From contig JBHGNT010000027.1 of assembly GCA_043228905.1 (NCBI GenBank), positions 310,001 to 374,000 of the forward strand: 64,000 bases of DNA. The letters are read 5' to 3'. How positions within the stretch are numbered: position 1 is the first letter of the stretch; each line of letters opens with the position of its first letter. The translations under genes were made by a program, and so were the position numbers. The notes below the pieces were generated by a model. The model ran no database searches. It was given only the letters and a program-made list of their open reading frames with translations, and had not been told where the DNA came from. Positions 10,331 to 22,782 of this stretch are shown here, one piece after another. The stretch comes from Azolla caroliniana. Its lineage: Eukaryota; Plantae; Polypodiophyta.

Positions 10331-13323
10331 ATCTTCCCCATTTTCCCGCGTCTCGTGACTAATTCAAAAATTTCCTTGCATCAGCGTCGATTACGTACTC
10401 TGGCTTTCTTGTTGATAGATATGTGGATCACTCTGGTGGCGTCATGGCGGCGAGATCGACCCGAGCGAAAGTAGCTATTGGGTTCGAATCCCGCTTCTTT
10501 TCTTCCGCGGTTCGCCTTTAGGCCATGAGGGCGATCCGATCCCCAGTAGCAGGAGTCCTGAAAGGTCATGGAACTGGCCATACTTCCACTTTCACTCTCA
10601 CTTTCGCTTTTGCTTCTACTTTCAGAGGTATGTATATTCAGCAAATCGGATCAGATTGTCTATCCATGACAGAGCGAGTGCTACTCGTAGTTCAGGGGCA
10701 AGGTATTTTACGTTGCTTACTTTCCTTTTGGCCAATCTGCGCTCTTTATCTTCGAATGTTGAAGCATATTGGCTGCTCCCTTTCCCGTTTTTCCCGCTTA
10801 AATGAAGAGAGGCGGGACTCTCATTTAAGGGGGGTGACCTTAGGCCACCCTTTGAAATAACCAATTGATAAAGAACGGAAAACAAGCAAAAGTCTTTGAT
10901 GGCAACTAATAGGAAGATTCTAGGGAGAATCGAGATCCGATTTCATATGACTTCATGGTGAACATGATCTGCCGGAATCTCTTCCATTCCCACGTGAATG
11001 TACCGAAATAACAGGAGATTGAACGAAATCAAAGTGAAAACATTGGTTATGAGAAGAATTAGGACTAAACGGGCTGCAGTACTTCTTTAAGTGAGCCAAT
11101 AATTTAAGGTTTCTCTACGAGCTTCCGTTGCTTCTGCATTAGAAATATTATTTGTTCATTCATTTTCGCTCGTTTTCACGCATGAGAAAGGGAAAAGAAT
11201 TGAGAAATTTAGGACATAAAGTGAAAATTGGAGCGGAGCCCGGAAATGATAGATTATTTCCCAGCAGAACAGAAGTGCTGGATTTATGACGAAAGTGCCA
11301 GTGAAGAGACGATACCACCTTTAGAGGAGATTCCATTGCACCCCTGAACTATGAGTAATCAATACATGACCCATTAGAATAATCAGATTCATGATACTCC
11401 TAATACTCTGCTGATGAGTAGTGCTTTTATTGATATACCTGGTGAACAGCAAGCAGCAGAATCCAGGCACTGATATGAAATGATGCAAGAAGAAGCCCAT
11501 GATTAATCGTAAAGAATTTTATACGGGTACGGGCACCCTTCTCACTCCGCTCTCCATCAATCTATCCTATCAGCATCAGCCTAAACCCCATCTGAACCTG
11601 GTCGCCCACACTTTTAACAAGTATAGGAAACCGGTAAGGCTGAAGACGGCAGTCCAAGCCAGGATACACCGACACGTGTGACATAAGTTCGTAACGGAAC
11701 ATTCTCCCGCACGTACCAGACGAGCGAAGGAGCGGAAGCTGAGAAAGAGCTTTGCGCTTTATCCCAGCATCTTCCTTGGGCCCCGCAGCAAGCAGTTACA
11801 AATTGAAAGGATATGGGTGAAACATCTACACCCAAGACGTCGTTAAGACTAGCGTTAAGACAGAACAAAAGAGAACTTATAACTAGCTATCTATAGATAG
11901 ATCGAACCGTAACCGACATCCCGAAAAAAACAGACCGTAACTACGTTACCGCGCGCGTCGGGGCGGGCTTTAAGCATCTGTCTGCGACGTCTCGGTTAAT
12001 CGTTTTGGTTCTATCCACCTATCTTCGGTTACCACTAGCTAGTTATAAGCTCTCTTTTGTTTTGTGAGATGTAGCCTCTCAAGCCAAGCAAGGTATCCCT
12101 TCTCAGAATTACAAGGCCTGAGAGGTACGTATCCCTCAAAGATACGTGCCCAGCCAGCGCAAAACTGCACTTCTTGCGCTAATTTGCTGCTTTTTTTAAG
12201 CATCAATTCTTTCCCCGCTGTAAACATTTATAGCTCAGAAGGCGGATTTTTAGCTTAGCTCGGATTAAAACCATACCGCCGCTGTTAACACACGGTTGGG
12301 CTTCATCTTCCCGCTAACGCACGGTTGGTGGGGGTTTAGCCCTCCGCATAAAAAAGATGCGTTGCCGTACGCTGTTTCTCTGCTTGCTTTGCTCAGCTCT
12401 CATTGTTTAGCTCTTTCTTCGTTTGCCACCTTAAAGCAGTGGACGGGTTGTTTTTCAACCTTACGCAAATCTTTGTTTTTTTTTTGGCGGCCTGCTTCGA
12501 CTTTTAAGGTCTCTTCATTATGCCCTTCTTTCGTAGCGGCCTGTGCTACGCGTTCTTGTACCCAAAAAGAAAAGAGCGATCGCCCGCCGCTTCGGAAAAA
12601 TACAGATAAAGAGCGGTAGCAATGAACTGGAATTTGCAGAGAGGTTTGAGAAACAGCGTACGGATGCATCAACTTTAAACGGGCAAGGTTGAAACAACCT
12701 TAAAGCAGCTTGCTTGCCTGCTTGCTGTACCACAGCAGAGTCGCAGTTGCTTGCTTGCTTGCTTGCTTGCGGGTAATATAGATTTATTTTGCCCGTAATG
12801 TTTAAATTAACCTAATAATCTGCCGTTTGACACGGCCGGCGCGGCGGGTCAACTATCGTTTTTGGTCTGATCGTTGATTTAGCGGAAATGAAACGATTCT
12901 TTTTTTCGCCCTTCATGCTGAATCCGCGTGTTTACTACGAATGCAGATGCTTGTTAAAAGCAGCAGCTGCTTTCTGTGGGTTTGAACCTCTTGCTTGCTT
13001 GCTTACTTGTAAAAGGTCTGATGGTTGAAAACAGCAGCTGCAAAGCTAAGGTTTTAATTTAAAGCAGCCTACGCCACCTCTTTTTTCATGTCACCTTGTT
13101 GTTGAGTATAGAAAAAGAAATAAAATGGGCGACACACTATGAACATTCGGGTATTGGCCCCCGATATCTATGAAAGTTAGTGCGGAGACTGAACCAGTAC
13201 CCTTGGAAGAAGTTATGGTGGAGACCGGAAAGAATGAGGCTTTGGCAGCAGCCTTTCCTTTCCTTTCCTTTCCTTTCCTTTCCTTTCCTTTCCTTTCCTT
13301 TGGCAGCAAGACTTTGTATTTGT

Positions 13324-13932
13324 TTATTCTCGCGCGCGTATCTTTCCGATGGTCTTCCGAAAATCTATAGCATTCTGCTGGAACACATCCTGTCTCTTGA
13401 CCTTAGCAGTTTTATGCATAGTTGGTACTATAGCCCCGATCATGGCTACTAATAAAATCAGACTAGACACCGGGAACAAAACCAGATAGTTGGTATAAAG
13501 TAAATTGCCTGATGTTTCCAAATTAGTCCAACTTTATATTCTTTCAGCATAAACCGTATATCTCAGATAGGTTGTATTCAAATTGGTTGGTAGTATTGGA
13601 ATGTAATCATTGTCTAGAATGACAAAGATTTCCAACCAGGAAATCAGTCCAATAGTACCACCTACTGATAAATAGCGCAATATATTCTCGTGGATTTCCG
13701 CTATTTTGATATCTGGCATCATCACTACAAATGGAAGTGACACAGCAATCGCGCCTGTATAAACCACTAAGAGGATCATAGCAGAGAAGTCGGGACCTGA
13801 CAAGAGAGGTAAACCTAAAGTGTTGCAGAAAACGAGGATGAAAAAGAGAACGGAATGGACGGAGTTTTTAGCACGTATGACCGTAACAGCAGAGACTAAA
13901 GCCATGCCCGGAAAAACATCAAGGAGTAGCAT
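13324..13932 (-). CDS. nad6: NADH dehydrogenase subunit 6
   Basis: Two in-frame ORFs (VIRAKNSVHSVLF... and GNLLYT...VKRQDVF) separated by one TAA at 13534-13536 that U-to-C editing would remove. Confidence 0.95.
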
Positions 13933-14422
13933 GGTTTTATTGTTCCTTTCTCTCATTCTGTATTAGTGGCAGTTTGTCCCGACCCCATCTTGGCAATGAC
14001 GAGATGTGGAAGCTCCTAGTGCACCTGGTATTCTTCACTACAAAATACAAGAGGGAACCCACCCGTGCACCCACAAAAAATAGAATTGTGGAAAGCAGAA
14101 GATGACGATGAAGATAATTACATTCTGGAAACAAACGAGAAGCCGACGTCTAATATGGAAACTTCTAGTGCTACAGAAAAAGAACAGGCTAAAAGTCTTA
14201 TTTTTAATGTCCTCTCGATTCTCTCTACGGGACGAATATGGCATTATTGGACAGTTCATGAGGACTGAAGGATAGTTCATGGGGACTGACATGACGGGAA
14301 GTATAGCAAGCTACATCCTCATTTATATGGAAGAGAAATCGAAACACTTTGTGTTATTTTCAAAGAAGATATAGAGGGGAGGGATCGGACCTTCCCCCAG
14401 TGTTGGTTCGTATTGAAGAGTT

Positions 14423-14554
14423 CTATAGGAAGAAACTACGAACTATGAAAATGAGATACAATCAACTGTCCACCCAGAAAAGTAGAAAATCCCACGTACC
14501 GAAAGAGGTCACGAATATGGTTAATCCAAGTAACATAACGAAAGCATAATGATA
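14423..14554 (-). CDS. nad5: NADH dehydrogenase subunit 5, last exon (stop TAG at 14423, or edited CGA at 14408)
   Basis: [26 protein letters not shown] follows domains V and VI. Confidence 0.88.
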
Positions 14555-14619
14555 GTAGGGTCAAGGTCACCCTGCCCTCCGAACCGGACGTGAAGGTCTC
14601 CCCTCATCCGGCTCTCTGC

Positions 14620-14655
<36 letters not shown>

Positions 14656-15124
14656 CTTTCGAGGTAGTCCCCATCACTGCTTCCCCTAATATCCGCCACA
14701 TACCGTATAGGGGTTTACAGGAGATCCCAGAGCCGGCACTAGTAGTCGTTATGTATGGCTCTTGCCGAGATCGTTATTTTCCCGTGCTCTAGCTATTTTG
14801 CTCCCTAGACTGTTAACCGTACATGTAGTTATGGCGGCGTAGCTATTCTCGAGGAAGGGCGGCAGAGGGCTGTGATTTTCCCTGCTTTAGCGAAACCTGG
14901 CATACCGCGACCTTCGTTAGATACGCCCACCATGCCTTTATTCATTTCGACATGCCGCCTTGTGGACAAAAGGCCCGGGACTCATTAACTCACGTTCTTG
15001 CTAGCACTACACCAACTCCGGTCTTTACGCCGCCCTTACTGTCCTTCTTGGGCTCGTAGAGTCGAGTTTACCGTTTACCCACCACGGAGCTTAGGGCCAA
15101 CGGGTCGTGACGTACTCTTCGCAC
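14555..15124 (-). other. group II intron nad5i1872g2
   Basis: GTGCG start, domain V GAGCCGGATGAGGGGAGACCTTCACGTCCGGTTC, CCCTAC end. Confidence 0.9.
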
Positions 15125-15541
15125 AACAAATCCACTTTAAAGTTAACTTATTTGCTTGGCCAATTTCCGGAATGTGTACGAAATCCCGTAAGGACCTGAG
15201 ATCTCAATAGCACCCTTGTCTAAGGCTTTAAATGAGACTTCGTATCCGAAATGCAAAAACGATCTCACTAGAAAGTCATTGAAAACTTTGTCAAAGAACC
15301 GGCGCTTATTCAGAAAGCAATAAAGTCCATTACCGAAAGTACTGGTTCCGAAAGCGAAAAGGAATTCGTTCGCGAAAAGATTTACATTATACGCCGTAAA
15401 AGCCCCTAAGATGCTAAACGTAATAGGTACTGGTTTGATTGTGATTGGAGTAGCAAACTCAGATTCGGCAAGAATCTCATTTTTGGGTAGCATTGAAAGG
15501 GAATTGGCCCGAAAATTGGTGCCTAAACCAATCATCATATC
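15125..15541 (-). CDS. nad5: NADH dehydrogenase subunit 5, exon 4 (22-nt mini-exon fused; i1477 absent)
   Basis: [10 protein letters not shown](W)ANSL...[27 protein letters not shown](Q)L(Q)SGFV, 417 nt. Confidence 0.93.
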
Positions 15542-17511
15542 GGTACCTAAGCCGCTCCATTGCTGCTGGAAAGGCTCGGCTTCAAAACCGTACGTGAAGC
15601 TTCCGCCTCATACGGCTTCTCCCAGGATCGAAGATTTTTGTTGGCTTTACAGGTTCGAAGAATTCTTTTCGGTATGGCAGTGCCTGTGTAGGAGTTAAGG
15701 TTGCTGCACATGAACACCCCTCGTCAAGTCTTTGTTTCTTCAAACGATTCTATATGGATATGTAAGGCAATCTCTAGATATATGTATACTTAGATATAGA
15801 TTACCTAAACAATGGCACGTTTGGGCTGGGGCCACTTTGGCCTCTGGCCTTTGTTTGTAAAGCTTTTTCTTTGTTGTTTGTAGTTTTGTTGATTCCGGAG
15901 AAGAAAAAAACGCTTTACGTTTTATTGGGCTTCTGTCCCACCTCTATGTACTCTTAGCCAGCCATTCAACTATTCGGTCTGGCTAGGTTAGATTCCTTTT
16001 CAACTAGAAAAAGAAAGTAAAAAGAAAGAAGGGTTATATAGCTTTTCCCAGCTTTTATAGCCCCAACAGAGGGCGGGCCAAAGGCCCTACGAGTCTCCCC
16101 GTTGTCGAGTATTCTTTATTGGAAGTCACTTTTTTGTTTGTTGGCTTTACGAGCAAGCAAGCAAGCAAGCAAGCAAGCAAAGGAACCTTCAGGGCCCTCT
16201 CCGGTTCCCCTGGGGTGGGGAACCTTTCCTTATGTGATGTGTTCTCAGGGACGGGACGGGACGGGACGGGACGGGACGGGACGGGACGGGACTCGCGTTC
16301 CCATTGAATCTTCATTCGTGTGGTCAACTTCGCTAAAGGGTTCACCTCACCCCCACTTGTTAGTTTAGTGGTTGGCTTTACGAATGAAGGCTGAAGGCGG
16401 TTCATCATGAAGGCGCGCGCGCGCGCCGGTTCATCATGAAGGCGCTCAGCGGTCGCTTTCCTCTTTCTCGGCTGCTTTGGTATCCATATTTAACAAATGA
16501 GTGCTGTAGCCCTTCCACCCAACAGAAGACCTCCTCCTGCCCGCCGTCTCTATCCCGGCCCTAAGGTCACCACTCACCCTATTGTCGAGGTCTTCCCTTC
16601 CCTTCCCTTCCCTTCCCTTCCCTTCCCTTCCCTTCCCTTCCCCGGGGTGTTTGTTTTTCCCTCGGTTACCCTGTGTGACTTGTCTTACTAGAGTCTTGCG
16701 TGTATATCTTGTATGAGTCGCCTAGATTGGAGAGCACGCATCTTGCCCATATCGTTCATTGGGGCAATAAGCTTGTTGGTAAATTCCGGTCTACAACTGC
16801 CTTAGTCTTAGGCTACCACCGGGGCGGGGATTTGTTCCCACCAAGGTATTGTTTAGGTATTATCTATGTAGAACTTACTTACAATCCATTTCCCTTTCCA
16901 TTGACCATCGAGATCCTAAGTCTCCAAGTGGGCATATCCCTAGCCTTTATTCGTCAGGGCCTTCGCTTTTCGGAGAATCCTGCTCCCGTAGAGCTTGTAG
17001 CTCGGCGGCCCACCACAAGGGAACCCTATCGGGATACTCCAGTTTCGAGTGTATTGGATAGTTATAGCGGCCCGTAGGCGCAAGATGTACCTCGTGGGGC
17101 GGTCTCCCGGACATAGTCTTTTCATGCAGTGGCCGTTTCTTAGTCCATAGTCCATTGGATGTTCGGTGCAAGGCCAGAAACTGACACTGCTTGTACCCTT
17201 CGTTCTTGCCCTTTGCTCACTGGGCCTGTCCCTCAGTGTGGTCAGTACTGGATACTGTCGGGCGGCAAAGCTTACACTTGTTCACTCATGAAGGTTCGCC
17301 GGGGCCTCTTTCCTCCCTTCTTTTTTGCTTACTCGTGATTCAGAGGCTGCCAGACCTCCTACAAAGAGAAGAGAGTCGACTGAACATCTCAGCCATTGGC
17401 GGGAGTTTCGCTCGCATCCAATCCTCAATTATTGTTCACCTTGCTTAGATCGTGCTGGGTGAGCAACAGCCGCTTCGTCACGGGACTGACTTATGGGCTA
17501 ACAGGTCACAC
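15542..17511 (-). other. group II intron nad5i1455g2, cis, with maturase HNH remnant
   Basis: GTGTGA start, domain V at about 15584-15617, LLHRHCH remnant just upstream of domain V. Confidence 0.88.
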
Positions 17512-17724
17512 TTTGGCCAAGTATCCTACGAAAATGCTTCCGAAAGCCAGGAGGATTAAAGGGATGGCCATAAGAATGGGCGCATCATGGCATCGTAAGA
17601 TGTCTCGCTTGAATGAATTAGTTGATGCTGAAAATGTTAGGAAAGGTAAACGAGAAGAGTGATAGGGAGTGAAGAAGACAGAGACGCTTCCCGACCGGAA
17701 AACAAAGTTACCACTAATGGTATA
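17512..17724 (-). CDS. nad5: NADH dehydrogenase subunit 5, exon 3
   Basis: YTISGNF...[28 protein letters not shown], 213 nt. Confidence 0.93.
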
Positions 17725-18650
17725 ATCGGGATGGATAGGCTCTTTCAAGCAAGCTTTTCCCCCTCAAAGAACCGCACGTGCAAGTTTCCTCGCATACGGC
17801 TCAAGCGGCGAAGAAGAGTGACGGCTGGGCCGGCCTCAGCAGGTCACCGATGGGCCCACGTAGTGTTCTGCTATCACTCCGCCGCAAGTTGCGTATTTGC
17901 TCGTTTCCAATTTGCTCTCCCCAGTTGGTTTGTAATATTCTTCTCTCCTTTTCTTTTGGGGCACGCACGAAAGTCAAATTTTTTCCCTTCCCTCGTCGCA
18001 ACTTCGTCGTGATTGACTCATATTCACTTAGTACCGCTCGCGGTCCCGGCCGCTTCTACTCCCATGTGGTCAATAGAAGTGGCCCGGTAACAGCGTTTCG
18101 TCATCCAGGATTCGAGTCAGCACACTGGGTCGGCAAATTGTCGCCTATCTTACCTTTGTTTGAGGGTGAGCCAAAGCTTTTCGGATCGTCTTCTGTCCAC
18201 TGGACGGTATCTGATCCTACGACCAGACCTCCCGAGGGGAGCCCATTGGGTTTACCTTGTCGACATGTTGACTTTATTACAAGAAAAAGCGATCCTGTGC
18301 TATACTCCGGTGATCATTTGCCGATCGGGGCACGCAACCAAACGTCGTGTCCTAAATCACATCCCTACAGGGGCCTACTCAATTACAGCTCATAGGTGCT
18401 AGGTCGCTTTTACGAAGCGTCGTCGCACAGTTCACTGCTGCCTGCTGTGGTTGATCAAAAAGAATAGTCTCGCTTCTCTTAGCGGGTTCTATGTTGTATT
18501 GTATATTCTCCGCTTCCATGCTTCACACCCTCCCCAAAAGAACGCATGGTGGGGTAAGAGCCTCCCGCCAGGCTGGGATGGCGATATAGCCCCTTTCTCT
18601 TACTCTTATAGGAGGGCTATACACATTGTCTCATGTCCTTCAAGTCGCAC
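17725..18650 (-). other. group II intron nad5i1242g2 (fern-type)
   Basis: GTGCGA start, domain V GAGCCGTATGCGAGGAAACTTGCACGTGCGGTTC, CCCGAT end. Confidence 0.9.
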
Positions 18651-19662
18651 TTTGGTATAAGCAGGCTCCGAAATCGCATCTTTAGAATAAAATCCGGTCA
18701 AGAAAGGGAATCCAATTAAGAATAAGCTGCCTATAAGCATCATGGCATAAGTGGAGGGTAACAGAGAAGCGAGCCCTCCCATTCTACGCATATCTTGCTC
18801 ATCCGACATGGCATGAATTACTAAACCTGCGCTCGAAGGGGGTAATACTTTAAAAAAAGCGTAATTCGTTAAATAAAATACGCTAACTGAATAATCAAGA
18901 ATGCCGCGAGCAAAGATCGTATAGCCTGATTGACTACGAATTAGATAAGCTACGACCCTCTTTAAATCATTTTACAACATTCCAGTAGTTACCGCGAAGA
19001 ATAACGTCATAGCTCCCACAAAAGTAATAACAATCAAAGCATTGAGTAAATACTCGAATAAGGGGGAGCACCTCGCTATCATAAATACGCCTGCTATTAC
19101 CGTAATAGCTGCGTAAATCAAAGCGGATACTGGAGTGAGACCCTCCGTTACGTCAGGTAACCGAGTATGCAATCCCATTTATGCAAATTTTCCAATAGCG
19201 CCGACAAGGGGTGAGATACGAATAACAATTGTGGCATAAAATCCCGTATTACGAGAAAGAAAATAGTGATTGGGTTCAGAGAAAACACTAGCACAAGCGA
19301 AAGTAGTAGGAGAGTCTACTACTTAAGAGGGAGTGGAACGACCAATAATCCCGAGGGCTGATCCGGAATCACCTACTCAATTGACAAGCATAGCTTTGAT
19401 AGCTGCTTTATTAGCTTAAAGTCATGCGAACCGAAAATTAATCGACAAATATAAAACGGGACCTGCTCCCTCCCGTCCTGGAAGTAATTAAATGAAGTTA
19501 TCTCCAATAACCAACATTAGCGTAAAAGAGGTAGAGATGGGTGAATAACACATGAATCAGGGGCTATGCGGATCCTCGGACATATATGAAATGAGATAGA
19601 GATAAACCAAGCTACTGACGAATGTCACCACAATTGACATAACTACAGTCGGACTATCGAAC
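18651..19662 (-). CDS. nad5: NADH dehydrogenase subunit 5, exon 2
   Basis: FDS.TVVM...GLHT(W)LPD...[18 protein letters not shown]...GFYSKD, 1012 nt. Confidence 0.93.
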
Positions 19663-20515
19663 ACCGGGTCGGAAGTTACTTCACCGGGCCTTTCCCTCTG
19701 CAAATCAAGCGAGCTTGTTTTTTATCCGTACCACAACGCGTTCGCCCGAGTGGCATAATCAAGTGCTCTCCGAACCGTGTAAGATGGTCGCCCATCACAC
19801 GGCTCACCAACTTGGGATTACGGTTAGTAGAGGGATAACTTCTTCTTCTTCCGTGTGTCCAGGAAGAACAGGAAGGTCCCACCCGCGTCTCATTCGAGTG
19901 TACGGCATCTGCCAACTTAGGCCCCTTCCCTTCTGTTGATTCAAGCGGCGCTTCCCGGTTGGTTGTTTTTGCCGATCGAAGAGGCGGGTACTGTGGGCCC
20001 TCTGCCCCACGCATTTAACCAGCAGCTGGCGAATGTATGGTTCACCGGTTCCACCGAATACTCTCACTTGTTGAAGCACAGTGCGCTTGCCAATGGTGTG
20101 TGTGCTGTCCTTATCGGACTCAGGCCTTTCCTTGTCCAGGCATCTGCGCCCTCTTGCTGCGCATGTGCGAGGGATGCGCCTTATCCATAGCCTGTATTGC
20201 GGCCGGCGTGGAGGTGTACATATACTTTGTATATGGGACCTCGCCTGACGCTAGCCGGGATCCCTTCTCCACCGATCTGTAGTTCGTGATCCGTAAGCCT
20301 CACCTGTGTCTTGGAGACACGGTCGGGAGCCGCCAAGGGAGGGCGGGCAGTTTTCGGCGGGCGGAGTCCAGTAGGCCCCTTTCTCGACATGCTATGAGGC
20401 TCTAGGGGAGGAAATTATCCCATAGAGTGAGTCGAGCCCGTCTCGCCACGGAGCAACAGCAGCGTCCGGATAATCTATCTATCCGGCAATTCATCCGGTG
20501 GCTTCGCGGTCGCCA
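19663..20515 (-). other. group II intron nad5i230g2
   Basis: Domain V GAGCCGTGTGATGGGCGACCATCTTACACGGTTC and position arithmetic. Confidence 0.88.
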
Positions 20516-20745
20516 AGGAAGCCCCGGGAAGCATCGAACATCTCCAAGGAAATCCATGGAGCAATCTTTATATAGCAAGCACTGGCTCCCAGTGCGACTT
20601 CATGAAAGACGGTCAGGAATAAAATGAAAAAGAATGAAACGCACGTGATGGTTACTATAGCGGTTCCTTTCGACCCTGGAAAACGACCAGAAGCACCTGC
20701 TACAAAGCTACCAGGCAAGGACAACGATACTATTGGTAAATACGT
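20516..20745 (-). CDS. nad5: NADH dehydrogenase subunit 5, exon 1 (ACG start)
   Basis: (M)[24 protein letters not shown]...[19 protein letters not shown](W)GF, 230 nt. Confidence 0.93.
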
Positions 20746-21326
20746 ACTCAATGAATCCTTTCTTTCTTGTTTTTGGTATTCATGGCAGTTTGTCCAGAAT
20801 GGAAACGCAAAGCGTTTTTTCTTTTACAGAATGCGCACTTATATACAAAATTCTTTCACGTTGAACCGATAACTCGACCCTGCCGGTTACTAGAAATACT
20901 ACCGCATCCCGCCAAAGGCCCGGAAACCCGCAAAGCTCCTAAGCCCGTAAAGGCGGCATTAGGTAAAGGGAGTTCGCGCTAGTTGGTATCAAGTCCCGGT
21001 CCGCAGGGTAGCCTTAAGGGCAAGGGCGGGAATGGTTTCCTTTGGTTCCCCGCGCGCGATTGATTGATTGATTGTTGGATCCTCTTATATTGCTAATGGT
21101 GGTATCCCGAATGAATTCGGAACAAAACATATCGTCAGAAACTACCTAGCGACCTGGTTCCTGACTACGACAAGTCCTGGATATTAGTAAATGATGACCA
21201 GCTTCTTTTTTTCTAACAATAAGAAATTGGCGGACTAGTAACTAGTCTTGGCCAACAACCTAGCACGCACGATGAAAGCCCGCGGAGAACAATTTTTTAG
21301 TAATAGAAACAGCAGTGGCTATTTTG

Positions 21327-21410
21327 GCTCACGTAGCTCAAAGGATAGAGCATTCCTATGTACCACCCGGGTTGGCGGGAAACTAGCCGGTTCGAGTCCG
21401 GTCGTGGGCT
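21327..21410 (+). ncRNA. tRNA-like element with an expanded 19-nt anticodon loop (Thr-like body), 30 nt upstream of nad7
   Basis: Acceptor GCTCACG/CGTGGGC, D arm GCTC/GAGC, T arm GCCGG-TTCGAGT-CCGGT, anticodon stem TTCCT/GGGAA. Confidence 0.65.
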
Positions 21411-21440
21411 GGTGGGAGGAACAAGCAAGAATGGTTCAAT

Positions 21441-21580
21441 ACGGCGTCTAACAGGCAAATCAAGAATTTCACTTCGAATCCTGGACTTTAGCACCTTGCT
21501 GTTTATGGTGTTTCATGATCAGTATCGGAAACGAATGGAGAAGCGGTAGAACGTGCGGAACCGCATATTGGATTATTCTA
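21441..21580 (+). CDS. nad7: NADH dehydrogenase subunit 7, exon 1 (ACG start)
   Basis: (M)ASNRQIKNFT.N.G.(Q)H...ERAEPHIGL, 140 nt. Confidence 0.93.
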
Positions 21581-22713
21581 GTGCGGCATGAAGCTGCTGG
21601 CGCCGAGTCGGCCGGATGAAAGCCGTTAGCGATGCTCCGCTTGTTCCCTGGCACGGGCGGCGCGCGAAGGCAACTTCCGCGTCGTAAGCACCGAGTTCGG
21701 TTTGTCGAGCAACTCAAGTGAGGCGAACCTAAAAAGGGAAGGAAGGGAGAAGGTCGTAAAGGTGGCCTCGTTATCTGTATCAGAGGTCAGAATAAATGAG
21801 TGCGGGAGAACCTGCCGTCCTCTACTTCCGATTTTGGTTATCTCACGAGCGAGCCAACGGTTCCCCGGGGGTTCTCGGAAACAAGAACGCGTTGGCGGGT
21901 CCTGGAGTGCCCGTCAAGAGCGCACGCGCATACCCCGCGGGGTAACTATTACGACCAGCACCCTCCGCATTTCGGCACAGTGGAACGTGTAACCGGCCCG
22001 AGGTTTCGTTTCAACTTACACTTGTTTCATGTTGGGATGGGTAGACCAACTGCCTGCCCGCAAGGGACAAACTAAATCCTCAGGTCGGGTGGGATGGCAC
22101 TACTGGCAAATACTGTCTGGCAAAGACGCAGGCGCGAAGCGTGGTAGGCCCGCTAGCGTTTTTTTTGCTTGCCGAAAGCATACAAGAAAAGCCGGGACGG
22201 GAACCGACGAAACTACAGAAACGTAACCAAGCAAGCGGTCGAGCCGGGAGGGCCGGGTCATTTGACGGGAATGAGGAGGCCGATTTCTTCTGTTCAAGCT
22301 GCCTGCTGGAGAAAGGAGTGAGAATGAGGAGCCGGCCTTACCGCCGTGGCTAGGCCCACGGGTTGGTTCCTCCGGGCCCAAGGCCAGGGCCTTGGCGGGT
22401 TTACGGTGCGACGACAGGCGGCGGGCGCTGCCCACAGGGAGGATAATTTGCTTTCCCCCTCCCTCCAAGGGAAGTATCCTCTTTAACAACCAACAGAGGG
22501 ACCCTGGAAGAGAGTTACGAAACAAGGGGGCGGGCAGCAATCCAATCGTACGCGCATAAGCTACCAAACGAGATACGTTTCACCAGCGAATGAACGCTGG
22601 GCCGCTGAACCCCACCTGACCTATAAAAAATGGCGCGAGCCGTATGCGGGGAGACTTGCACGTACGGTTCCGTTGGGGGGATCCGGCCAGCGAGGGACCG
22701 ACGCCTACCCAAC
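21581..22713 (+). other. group II intron nad7i140g2
   Basis: GTGCGG start, domain V at about 22637-22670, CCCAAC end. Confidence 0.9.
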
Positions 22714-22782
22714 TAGGGGCACGGAAAAATTAATCGAGTATAAAACGTATTTCTAAGCTTTACCTCATTCTGATCGTTTGGA
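22714..22782 (+). CDS. nad7: NADH dehydrogenase subunit 7, exon 2
   Basis: RGTEKLIEYKTY.(Q)ALP..DRL, 69 nt. Confidence 0.93.

Noticed and set aside
10381-10410. KKARVRNRR on the minus strand as a piece of rps14
   Set aside because: The motif belongs to exon 2, which is already present, and the flanks do not match. Probably chance.
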